DNA of 64,000 bases from positions 9,238,001 through 9,302,000 of the forward strand of contig CM059432.1 in assembly GCA_030390025.1 (NCBI GenBank). The letters are read 5' to 3'. Position 1 is the stretch's first letter, and every line of letters starts with the position of its first letter. Shown one piece after another: positions 1 through 10,675 of this stretch. A model generated the notes under the pieces. It was not told where the DNA came from, made no database searches, and worked only from the letters and a program-made list of their open reading frames with translations. This stretch comes from Squalus acanthias (Eukaryota). The translations under genes were made by a program, and so were the position numbers.

Positions 1-355
1 GAGTCAAAGGTGTTGAAATTCGACTTTCATAACTGGTCAATCGAATGAAAATCGGGCGGGGTGTAAAACAGAGTCCCAATTCGCTATCGCCCGTTTTGCG
101 CAACAGCCAGAGTCGAATTTCACCCTCAATGTTTCAGGGAATACAAGATAAAGCGGAATGGGTCGGTCACCAAACCTTTGGGACAGGAGCTCCAACGTGT
201 GATTAAAACTTCGAAAATGGACATGCTCCTTCATTGGGGTGAAATCATTCTTACACCAGTTAAAAACAAATCTTTAATTGTTAAGAGAAATGTTTAATTA
301 CGACCACTGATCACACCCGGAGGATATTCTAGCATGATAGAGCACCTTGAGACAT

Positions 356-2531
356 ATTCAGCTGAAGGACGTTAAGACTTTGGAGAGGCTACAGAAGCGA
401 TTTACTGGAATGGTTCCAGGGATGAGGGAATACAGTTACGTGGCTAGACTAGAGAAGCTGGGGTTGTTCTCCTTGGAGCAGAGACGGCCAAGAGGAGATT
501 TGATCGAGGTGTTTAAAATCATGAAGGGTTTAGATAGAGTAAATAGAAACATAGAAAAATAGGAGCAGGAGTAGGCCATTCGGCCCTTCGATATGATCAT
601 GGCTGATCCTCTATCTCAATACCATATTCCTGCTCTCTCCCCATACCCCTTGATGCCTTTTGTTCTAGAAATCTATCTGTCTCCTTCTTAAATATATTCA
701 GTGACTTGGCCTCCACAGCCTGCTGGGGTAGAGAATTCCACAGGTTCACCACCCTCTGAGTGAAAAAATTTCTCCTCATCTCAGTCCTAAATGTCCTACC
801 CCGTATCCTGAGACTGTGACCCCTCGTTCTAGACACTCCAACCAGGGGAAACATCCTTCCTGCATCCAGTCTGTCTAGCCCTGTCAGAATTTTATACGTT
901 TCAATGAGATCCCCTCTCATTCTTCTAAACTCTAGTGAATACAGGCCTAGTCAACCCAGTCTCTCCTCATACGACAGTCCTGCCATCCCAGGAATCAGTC
1001 TGGTGAACCTTCGCTGCACTCCCTCTATGGCAAGTATATCCTTTCTTAGGTAAGGAGGCCAAAACTGCACACAGTACTCCAGGTGTGGTCTCACCAAGGC
1101 CCTGTATAAATGTAGTAAGATATTTTTGCTCCTGTACTCAAATCCTCTTGCAATGAAGGCCAACATACCATTTGCCTTCCTAACTGCTTGCTGCACCTGC
1201 ATGTTTGCTTTCAGTGACTGGTGTACAAGGACACCCAGGTCCCTCTGTACATCAACATTTCCCAATCTATCACCATTTAAATAATACTCTGCCTTTCTGT
1301 TTTTCCTACCGAAGTGGATAACTTCACATTTATTCACGTTATACTGCATCTGCCATATAATTGCCCACTCACTCAACTTGTCTAAATCGCCTTGAAGCCT
1401 CTTTGCATCCTCCTCACAACTCACAATCCCATGTAGTTTTGTGTCATCAGCAAACTTAGAAATATTACATTTGGTTCCCTCATCCAAATCATTGATATAT
1501 ATTGTGAATAGCTGGGGTTCAAGCACTGATCCCTGCGGTACCCCACTAGTCACCGCCTGCCACCCCGAAAAAGACCCATTTATTCCTACTCTCTGTTTCC
1601 GGTCTGCTAACCAATTTTCAATCCATGCCAGTATATTACCCCCAATCCCATGTGCTTTAATTTTGCACACTAACCTCTTATGTGGGACTTTATCAAAGGC
1701 CGTCTGAAAATCCAAATACACCACATCCACTGGTTCTCCTTATCTAGTCTACCAGTTACATCCTCAAAAAACTCCAGTAGGTTTGTCAAACATGATTTCC
1801 CTTTCATAAATCCATGTTGACTTTGTCTAATCCCGTTGATATTTTCTAAGTGTCCTGTTATCACATCCTTTATAATAGACTCTAGCATTTTCCCTACTAC
1901 TGATGTTAGGCTAACCAGTCTGTAGTTCCCTGTTTTCTCTCTCCCTCCTTTTTTAAATAGTGGGGTTACATTTGCCACCCTCCAATCTGCCGGAACTGTT
2001 CAATAATCTATAGAATTTTGGAAGATGACAACCAATGCATCCACTATTTCCATGGCTACCTCTTTTAGTACTCTGGGATGCAAATTATCAGGCCCTGGGG
2101 ATTTATCAGCTTTCAGTCCCATTAATTTCTCCAGCACTATTTTTTTACTAATACTAATTTTCTTTAATTCCTCCTTCTCACTAGACCCTTGGTTCCCTAG
2201 CATAAAGAGAAACTGTTTCCTGTGGCTGAAGGGCCGTTAACGAGGGCACAGATTTAAGGTGATTGGCAAAAGAACCAGAGTCGACATGAGGGATAACTTT
2301 TTTACGCAGCGAGTGGTTAGGATTTGGAATGCGCTGCCTGATGGGGTCATAGATACAGAGTCAATAATAGCCTTCAACAGGGAATTGGATAAATACTTGA
2401 AGGTGAAAAAATTGCAGGGATATGGGGAAAGAGCCGGGGAGTGGGACTAACTGGATTGGGCTTCGAAAGAGCCGGCACAGACTCGATGGGCCGAATAGCC
2501 TCCTTCTGTGCTGTACTATTCTATGATTCTA
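356..2531 (+). mobile_element. Older CR1 LINE 3' fragment, split by the antisense CR1 insertion (pieces at about 356-543 and 2203-2531)
   Basis: LERLQKRFTGMVPG..GDLIEVFKIMKGLDRVN resumes after the insert as KLFP..FFTQRVVRIWNALP, followed by a CR1 3'UTR and a (ctatgatt)-type tail. Confidence 0.85.
544..2202 (-). mobile_element. 5'-truncated CR1 LINE (RT region, frameshifted)
   Basis: ORFs contain [29 protein letters not shown] and WNSLP; the tail reads (atagaaac)n on the + strand. Confidence 0.95.
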
Positions 2532-3182
2532 CCCAGAGACTAAGTCAGTAAGGATTATAAATGGTTAATTTTTCTCAAGATTGCAGAATTTGTAGAACCC
2601 AATATAAAGTGGTGCTTGTGTGTGTGAGTTTGCTGCAGATTAATTTTGTAGAATCTGAATATATGAATAATGGGAATGAAAGCAAAAGACTACTCATACT
2701 GCCACAATAAAATACTTCCTTCACAGTTCTCAAGCAGTTTAGCGGTCACAGATTGGATGAAGGGCTCCCTGCAATGCTCGGGCTAACATCGCGCAGGCAG
2801 CAATGCCGTTGGGAGGGCTCGTGGCCATCATGAAAATACTGCGGCCACAGACACGGCAGGAGGAGCCTCACTCATGATTGGTTCCACTGCTGTGACAGAT
2901 GCTTTGGGGTCCCAGGTCCAAGAAAACAGTCAAGTCCAACTCGCATTGGGCAATGTTTACAGAAAACTGCCCCAGGGAGGGATTCCGAGACTCGTGGAAG
3001 CCTCGCTTTGCTGTGCTTCAATGGACACCTTGAGGAGATGGGCTCCAGCAATGGCACGTGTGTGAAAAACCACAGCTAATTATGGTGCACAATAAAATGC
3101 TTCTTTCACAGTTCCCAAGCAGTTTAGTTGTTACTTTGGATTTATGCTTAGAACCAGGGTGGGGGCGATGAGGAGATTCAGC

Positions 3183-4318
3183 GAGCTGTTGTGATCTGGA
3201 ATGCGCTGCCTGAAAGGGCGGTGGAAGCAGATTCAATAGTAACTTTCAAAAGGGAATTGGATCAAGACTTGAGGGGGAAACATTTGCAGGGCTATGGGGA
3301 AAGAACAGGGGGAGTGGGATTAATTGGAGAGCTCTTTCAAAGAGCCGGCACAGGCACGATGCGCCGAATGGCCTCCTTCTGTGCTGTAGGATTCAATGAT
3401 TCTGTCTGATTCTAATCATGTCAGTGGCAGTTTGGGGTTGTAAGTAATTGTAAGCACTGCCTCAGAAAGCACTGGGCCCACAGTGACTGCAGTACAACCC
3501 TACTGGTCCTAATGGGGATACAATAGGATTAGTTCATGAATCGCAGCCGGATGGTCAGTTGCAAATAGCTTAGATGCTTTCAAAAGGAAACTGGACGAGT
3601 ACATGAGAGAAAAGAGAATAGAAAGGTATGCTGAAAGGCTGAGATGAGGGAGATGGAATGGGTGGAGAGACTCGTGCAGAGTATAAACACCAGCACAGAG
3701 TAGTTGGGCCAAATGGCCATTTTCTGTGCTGGACATTCTCTGTAATTCACTGTCACTGACAATGCTGGCAGATGGTTGGCTGCCTCTGTAGGTCTTTGTT
3801 GGCCAGGTGACAGACCTCAGTCACAGACTGCCTGGTGAACTCGAGCCTCCTCGGTCTATTGCCCCACAGTGCCCAGGGTGATGACTCTTCACCGACTGTG
3901 AGTCCTATGATCTGAGGCCACTCTCTCCATCAGCTCCTGGTGTTCGATGAGAGAGTCTCCATGGATCCTGTGAGTGTTAAAAGTCCACCACACTATTCAT
4001 TTCTGTCAGTGTTGGGGTGGAATTTTGAAATCTGACCCTATTTTAAGGTCATTGGCAAAAGAACCAGAGGTGAGAGGAGGAGATTTTTTTTTTGCACAGC
4101 GAGTTATGATCTGGAATGCACTGCCTGAAAGGACGGTGGAAGCAGATTCAACAGTAATTTTTAAAAAGGGAATTGGAGAAATACTTGAAGTGGAGAAAAT
4201 TACAGGGCTATGGGGGAAAGAGCAGAGGGAGTGGGACTAATTGGAAAGCTCTTTCAAAGAGCCGGCACAGACACGATGGGCCAAATTGTCTCCTTCTGTG
4301 CTGCAAGATTCTATGATT
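3183..4318 (+). mobile_element. Three short CR1 3'-end fragments (about 3183-3415, 3556-3750 and 4040-4318)
   Basis: WNALP..FKRELD..GYGE motif followed by the CR1 3'UTR (gggccgaatggcctccttctgtgctg-like). Confidence 0.8.
3745..3875 (-). pseudogene. Decayed Harbinger transposase fragment
   Basis: The minus strand translates as RRLEFTRQSVTEVCHLANKDLQ, resembling RRLRFSKEVVTELCHL..DLQP in the transposase near 62100. Confidence 0.4.
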
Positions 4319-4647
4319 TTCACATAACCAACTGCATGTGAGTTACAAACTCAAAACATGCTTCTATTCCCGTGCACAGGGTTCCACGTCTTTATCATGA
4401 CTGGCCTTTAACAAGATCTTAACAAATAGTTTCTCGGGGAATTTCTTTAAAGACATTTTAGCACGAAGCAAGACTTGGGGCAGCTGAACAAATTGAAAAA
4501 ACAGCCCATTACTCCTTAATCATGCTATTAGTCCACTGTTTATTCACATCTATCAGAATAAGATATGGCCTTAATAAAATGGGGACCAGCTTCCTCTGCA
4601 AGCCAGAATGATCATCATTCCCCTAAACATAGTGATCAGCCTGGTGG

Positions 4648-5670
4648 ACTTGTATTTGTACAGCACCTTTCATGACCTCAGGACATCCAAAAGCGCTTTA
4701 CAGCCAATGAAGTACTTTTGAATTGTAATCACTGTTGTAAATGTAGGAAACCCCGCAGCCAATTTGTGCAAAGCCAGGCCCCACAAACAGCAATGTGATA
4801 ATGACCAGTTTTTGCAGTTGGTTGAGGGATAAGTATTGGCCCAGGACACTTGTTCTTCAAAACAGTGTCATGGCTCTTTTTAACGTCCACCTGAGGGGGC
4901 AGACGGGGCCTCCATTTTAACGTCTCATCCGAAAGACGGCATCTCCGACAGTGCAGTGCTCCCCCGGTACTGCACTAGACTGTCATTGGGTGGTGCCCAT
5001 TTTGGGGCGCTAACGTCGCCGGGGCGCTAAAATTAGCGCCCTGAAAATGTTAGCGCCCCTCCGCCGTAAATTCAGTAGTAGCGCCCCAAGCAGGAGGTGG
5101 GGCGCTACTGCTGAAATTCACAGCGCTACGAGCCGCCACGCCACGCCACGCGCGTCGGCACGTAACGCCGCGTCATTGCAGACCTCCCTCCCCTGATTAA
5201 AGGGGAGGGGTCTAGCGCTGCATGTACCGGGGCCCTGCCGGACCACTGGGGAGCGGGGTGCCGTGGAAACAGCCCAGCACTCAAGAGGAGCGCCGGGCCG
5301 AGCGATCGCGGCCGGCACCCCAAATAAAAAGGTGAAAGGGGGGCAGGTGCTGGCAGTCGGCCAAAATAGAAATGGCCGCCAGACACCGGCCCTTTAAGTA
5401 GCGCCGCCGCCGCTGCTGCAAAAACGCCCCCCCTGACCCTGTCGGACATATCGTCCGGCGATAGGTCAGGGGTGGCAAGGGAAGTTTGCGGCCGGGGCGC
5501 TGCACATGGCAATGACGCTGAATTTTGCGGGAGGCCTTTGCGGCGTCGCACCCGGGCGCTAGGGGATTTGCGCAAACCCACCCAATTTTTCATCCTAGAT
5601 TTTGTGCTCAAGTCTCTGGAGTAGGACTTGAACCCATGACCTTCTGACTCAGAAGCCAACAGCTGACACT
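4648..5670 (-). mobile_element. tRNA-headed DeuSINE (SacSINE1/AmnSINE1-like), interrupted by a MITE
   Basis: Deu-domain sequence (gcactgtcggagatgccgtctttcggatgagacg on the minus strand), tRNA-like head with B box gggttcaagtcc, and an L2-like tail. Confidence 0.85.
4985..5595. mobile_element. Harbinger-family MITE inserted in the SINE (left end eroded)
   Basis: GC-rich with repeated ggcgcta/tagcgcc subterminal motifs; the right end cccaatttttcatcc|tag matches the termini of the other MITEs; the SINE resumes at tagattttgtgctc. Confidence 0.65.
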
Positions 5671-5844
5671 GATGAGGATGCAGCTCCTCATCCTTTTGAT
5701 GTGTCTTTCTGCCGTCACACAGCCGGATATATCCAGTATTGCCAACCCCACCACCTCGTAAACCAGGAGACAAACGCTTAAAAATCATGCCATTTGGTTT
5801 AGGAATCACAAGGTGCTATTTCTTTCCCGACCCCTCGCACTAAC

Positions 5845-5966
5845 CGAAACATCCTCAAGAATGACACGGCCCCCGCTGGTTCCGGAATTCATCAGTCTCT
5901 CTGCATGTTCCCGCTCCTCATGGGGCTGAACCTGGAACAACTTGGCAAAGTTCTTCAGCGCAACAT
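5845..5966 (-). pseudogene. Ferritin (H/M-type) exon-2 remnant
   Basis: Translates as [35 protein letters not shown] followed by a GTTAGT donor. This matches ferritin [42 protein letters not shown] and its phase-0 exon end. Compensating deletions scramble the KFQNQR segment, and the 5' part is replaced by a LINE fragment. Confidence 0.85.
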
Positions 5967-6650
5967 TACAGTCGCTGAATCCCCCACCCTCAACATCTTG
6001 GGAGGGTCACTGGACCAGCCACATAAATACTGTGGCTACAAGAGCAGGTCAGAGGCTGGGTATTCTGTGGTGAGTGTCTCACCTCCTGACTCCCCAAAGC
6101 CTTTCCACCATCTACAAGGCACAAGTCAGGAGTGTGATTATTTTTGATTAGTCGTTTCTGGGATGTGGGCGTCACTGGCAAGGCCAGCATTTATTCCCTA
6201 TCCCTAATTGCCCTTGAGAAGGTGGTGGTGAGCCGCCTTCTTGAACCGCAGCAGTCCGTGTGGTGAAGGTACTCCCACAGTGCTGTTAGGGAGGGAGTTC
6301 CAGGATTTTGACCCAGCGACGATGAAGGAACGGCGATATATTTCCAAGTCAGGATGGTGTGTAACTTGATGGGGAACTTGCAGGTGGTGGTGTTCCCATG
6401 CGCCTGCTGCCCTTGTCCTTCTAGGTGGTAGAGGTCGCGGGTTTGGGAGGTGCTGCCGAAGAAGCCTTGGCGAGTTGCTGCAGTGCATCTTGTAGATGGT
6501 GCACACCGCAGCAACGGTACGCCAGTGGTGGAGGGAGTGAATGTTTAAGGTGGTGGATGGGGTGCCAGTCAAGTGGGCTGCTTTGTCCTGGATTGTGTTG
6601 TGCTTTTTGAGTGTTGTTGGAGCTGCACTCATCCAGGCAAGTCAGGGGGC
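5964..6650. mobile_element. Two fragments of a CR1/L2-group LINE (+ at about 5964-6136, - at about 6145-6650)
   Basis: The minus-strand ORF ..RRSFIVAGSKSWNSLP..FKKAAHHHLLKGN* recurs at about 22545, 24327, 26470 and 34345. Confidence 0.8.
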
Positions 6651-7020
6651 TCTGGAACCAGCCTCTAAGCATCCTATGGAAGGCAACAGTCTCCCTTACT
6701 CAGTCCTGAGGCTCTGGCATGAAAGGATAAAATTGAGAGGTCGCACAACACCAGGTTATAGTCCAACAGTTTTATTTGAAATCACAAGCTTTCGGAGCTA
6801 TCGATCGCCCCTTCCTCAGGTGAAGTAGTAAAGAAATACAGACTCGACAAAGCATATATAGATAGAGAACAATGCATGTGTACCTTACAATTGCAGACAA
6901 CTAAATTAAATCATCCTGACTATCTGCCGAGGTGTGATAAAGTTAATCAGGTCAGCCAGGAAGGTACCACATCAAAGACATAGCAAGATACAACTGAGAC
7001 AACCCAGCTTTCAGGATAAC

Positions 7021-7515
7021 CTCAGAAGTACCATCGTTCGCAGCAAATTACCCAGCTTTCAGGATAACAGCGACCACGACACCACACAACCCTGCCACGG
7101 CAAACTCTGCAAGACATGCCAGATCATCAACACAGATACCACCATCACACGTGAGGACACTACCCACCAGGTACATGGTACATACTCATGTGACTCGGCC
7201 AACGTTGTCTACCTCATACGTTGCAGGAAAGAATGCACCGTGGCATGGTACATCGGCGAGACCATGCAGACACTGAGACAACGTATGAACGAGCACCGTG
7301 CAACAATCACCAGGCAGGATTGTTACCTCCCAGTCGGGGAACACTTCAGCAGTCAAGGACATTCAGCCTTGGATCTGCGGGTAAGCGTTCTCCAAGGCAA
7401 CCTGAGGAACACACGACAGCGCAAAATCATCGAGCAGAAACTGATAGCCAAGTTCCGCACTTCTGAAGACGGTCTCAACCGGGATCTTGGGTTTATGTCA
7501 CGATACATGACGTGA
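7021..7515 (+). CDS. GIY-YIG endonuclease domain (C-terminal part of the Penelope ORF)
   Basis: CHGKLCKTC..SCDSANVVYLIRC..WYIGETMQTLRQRMNEH..EHF..GLN. The N-terminus of track ORF 6934-7515 comes from the inverted pseudo-LTR. Confidence 0.9.
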   Translation, partial: LRSTIVRSKLPSFQDNSDHDTTQPCHGKLCKTCQIINTDTTITREDTTHQVHGTYSCDSANVVYLIRCRKECTVAWYIGETMQTLRQRMNEHRATITRQDCYLPVGEHFSSQGHSALDLRVSVLQGNLRNTRQRKIIEQKLIAKFRTSEDGLNRDLGFMSRYMT

Positions 7516-7849
7516 TCCGGACTCGAGTCGTCGTTGGCTTGTTCACAGATGTGATTCCCAGTAAAAAAGTAAAAATTTTCCCAGTAAAAAAGTAAATTTT
7601 TTTTACAGCTTATCGTTTTACATACAGACGGCAGCTTTTGACACGTTAGACCCCCTGCGACTCCACCTCATTGTCTCAGTTGTATCTTGCTATGTCTTTG
7701 ATGTGGTACCTTCCTGGCTGACCTGATTAACTTTATCACACCTCGGCAGATAGTCAGGATGATTTAATTTAGTTGTCTGCAATTGTAAGGTACACATGCA
7801 TTGTTCTCTATCTATATATGCTTTGTCGAGTCTGTATTTCTTTACTACT

Positions 7850-7891
7850 TCACCTGAGGAAGGGGCGATCGATAGCTCCGAAAGCTTGTGA
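7850..7891 (+). ncRNA. Minimal type I hammerhead ribozyme motif in the pseudo-LTR (inverted copy at 6782-6823)
   Basis: tcac-CTGAGGA-(a ggggc gatcgata gctcc)-GAAA-gctt-gtga shows stem I, the CUGANGA box, stem II, the GAAA box and a palindromic AAGCTT. Confidence 0.8.
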
Positions 7892-8049
7892 TTTCAAATA
7901 AAACTGTTGGACTATAACCTGGTGTTGTGCGACCTCTCAATTTTGTCCACCCCAGTCCAACACCGGCATCTCCGCATCATGAAAGGATAGGCAGTTGGAA
8001 TCAATAATTAAAGTTACCTCCCAGAGTCAGTGCTGCCTTTCGATGATGG

Positions 8050-8200
8050 TAGCGAATTTCTCGCGCATGCGCAAATCACCGAAATTACGTCATCAGGTAT
8101 TCATCGCGGATCCAAATAAATAATCCCGAGATTTAGGACTTCCGTCACGTGATCACGAGTGACGCTTTATTTCGCATCTCTCGCGATGGTTTCGCCAGAG
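8050..8200. promoter_or_regulatory. CpG-rich housekeeping-promoter-like motif cluster
   Basis: GCGCATGCGC at 8063-8072 (NRF1-like), TTACGTCA at 8085-8092 (CRE-like), ACTTCCG at 8138-8144 (ETS), GTCACGTGA at 8144-8152 (E-box) and TCTCGCGA at 8179-8186 (BANP/ZBTB33-type). Confidence 0.6.
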
Positions 8201-8371
8201 TTGGCAGCATTGTACATCAGTCTCCTTCGTATGCAATGTTGGTCTAATTGTGCATGTTTTTAAAAGAGGTAGTTTTTTTTTTAATATGTGTGAGATATGA
8301 ATAGGAAATGCACTTTATGTAAAAAGTACATAATCTGCAAGACCTTTTGCCTTCAAAGATATCGCGGGCAT

Positions 8372-8587
8372 TTCACAGAGAGTGGTGAGAATGTGGAACT
8401 CGCTACCACAAGGAGTAGTTGAGGCGAACAGCAGAGATACATTTAAGGGGAAGCTAGATAAACACACGAGCGAGAAAGGAGTCGAAGGTTATGTTAATAG
8501 GGTTAGTTGACGAGGGGTGGGAGGAGGCTCGTGTGGAGCTGTCGGGCCGAATGGCCAGTTTCTGTGCCATAAATGCTGTGTAATTAA
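8372..8587 (+). mobile_element. Old CR1 3'-end fragment whose tail region is the provirus target
   Basis: cagagagtggtgagaatgtggaactcgctacc (encoding RVVRMWNSLP) plus a CR1 3'UTR. Confidence 0.8.
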
Positions 8588-10224
8588 TGTAAGGGATTTG
8601 ACCGTGCGTGTCTCGCAGCCTGTGAGATTCACGCGGCTCTGTGCAGCCTGTATGTCAGTGCGGGTTTAGGCCTTGTTGCCTGTTCTGGTCTCCAGCCAGT
8701 CTGGGAGCACTAGACACACCTGTGAGTGGTTCGAATCACTCGCCCTTACGGTTCTAGACACTGGACTTAGATGCGAGAGCAGTAATGGAGATGAAACTCA
8801 TGTAGACTCGGTTGAATGGTACGAAATGGAAAATCTTTATTGCATGATATTTAAGATTACGAAATACATGTCATAAGCACAGATTAATGACAGTACAATC
8901 TTACAAGCAGTTATATAGCTGATCCTAGGGAAACGAGGAACGAACGACACACCGTAAATAGGGGCACACATTACAAGTATCCTTAATACTTAAACCCTCC
9001 CCTATCAATATCTGTCCTAGCTAGATTCGTAGGATTTCGAGACTCATGCTCACCACTCGTGATAACTCGGAGAAATTCCTAATAGCTGATCGGATGTTTT
9101 CCACCGCAGCACCCACGTGTCGGTCAGGAGGTCTCCTGGTCCCACTTGTTTACTTGCTTCTGCTCCGGCTAGCAGGCTGGACCGTCTGCTGTGATGAAGA
9201 TCTGTGTTGGTTGGTTTAACAGGTACTTTCCGAATACAGACCAGTCAATATCATCTTTGACGATCCGTTCTTGCAAGTTCAAAGAAGTCTTCCTGGCAAG
9301 GAAAACTTGGCTGTTCGACCTACAGGCACGGTCGGGATTTACTGACCGTGGCGATGAGTATGGTCTTCCTCTCTTCTCATCTCATCTCATCTCATCTCAT
9401 CTCGGGCCTTTGGTTCCGATGCCAGTTACCAACATAGGTCTTCGTTACGCGACACAAGGTAGATCCGAACGGATCAGAAAGTTCAACAGTCTTTTTCAAA
9501 GAGGCACCAGGCAAGCAGGAACAAGACTACGAGTCAAAAACACAGGAGCAGCCACGAGGTTACGAGTCGATCGGATAAGAGAATAAGAGAAAGATGGACG
9601 GTTGGAGCTTGTAATTATAGTACAAAATCTTCCGTTTCCCGCCCAACCTTAATGTCCTTTCTTTTGTTTGGGTCTGGCGCTCAAATGTCTTGTATGGGTG
9701 ATCTCCGTTCTTAACGGGTTTCGGGGCTACTCGTAAATGTCTGAGTACCTGTTAATATTTCTCCCATTGTTAAATCGGTCGGTGTTCTCCCTGGAGGGGT
9801 TTTGGGGCTTCCAAGTGTTTTGTATAACTACCCGCTAAACGGCTCTCTCATCGTAGAGTCGTTGGGATTTTACATATTAATGTCTTTTGGATGGGCCCTT
9901 GATTACTTGGTACAATAGCTTTCATTCGTACCTGGGAGACCGATTTCAGTATTTATGTGTATACTGCAAACCCATAATGTCTCGTATATTATCTTCAATG
10001 TGCTGGATCTTAATCGATCTTGCACAAATGTTTATTGGAACGCCATCTTGTCTGCCTGTCGAAAAGTCTAGAATGTTCTGTCACGAGGTGCGGCGGCCAT
10101 TTTACAGGCTGCTTGTGTCCACTTTGAGAAACCTGACAGCATTCTGCTGAAATAAAAGCTGTTTGAACGAAACTATGTGTTTTCTCCTTATTAATAAAAA
10201 TCGCGATATATTGCGAATTCTACA
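8588..10224 (-). repeat. 3' LTR (1637 bp)
   Basis: Direct repeat of 19648-21289. Minus-strand AATAAA at 8836-8841, TATA-like TATAATT near 9612-9618, and an internal (ctcat)n microsatellite. Confidence 0.97.
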
Positions 10225-10236
10225 GTCCCTCCTGTT
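10225..10236 (-). other. Polypurine tract
   Basis: Minus-strand AACAGGAGGGAC lies immediately before the TGTAG start of the 3' LTR. Confidence 0.8.
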
Positions 10237-10675
10237 GATGCGAATAACTCCGCTTATCGTATCAAAAATCATAGTGGTGAGCAATATTATCTCGATTTTC
10301 TCCGAATCCAGCCAATTAATCCCATAACTTTAACCTAGCTAGGGTTCCGGTGTCGTCCTTATTTCCCAAGAAAATTACATTTTATATCATCGTAGGCATT
10401 ATTTGCCTTTAAACTTACACCACTTGTTTTCCTTCCCGGTGTAACCAGGCCGATGCCTCTCGTATCACCTGTATATTCATCTTTTTATTCAGGGAAAGGA
10501 AAAACAAAACCCAAAACCAAACAATCATTTTTAACTATAACACCATCACCAAAATAATCAACACCACACTCTTAAAACATGTCGAGTTCCCAACGTATTT
10601 ACAGTCTTTGTAAATCATGATCGAGTACAAACTTCCGCGGTGCACGTGGCGAGCGGGAGTGACGCCATTTTCCGA

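Larger units (their letters stand above)
6730..7977 (+). mobile_element. Penelope-like element, 5'-truncated, with an inverted pseudo-LTR
   Basis: GIY-YIG ORF end; an apparently perfect ~274-bp inverted repeat (6729-7002 vs 7671-7944); a 12-bp direct flank catgaaaggata at 6718-6729 and 7978-7989. Confidence 0.93.

Noticed and set aside
2720..3500. Possible remaining ferritin exons or host exons
   Set aside because: Only short, weak resemblances, one on the wrong strand, and no open frame with splice sites.
5126..5809. 227-aa ORF and similar ORFs over GC-rich MITEs
   Set aside because: They cross SINE/MITE boundaries and reflect stop-poor GC-rich sequence.
8673..10150. Plus-strand ORFs inside the LTRs (and their copies at 19733-21215)
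   Set aside because: They are antisense with non-ATG starts and no motifs, and one is frameshifted between LTRs by the microsatellite.
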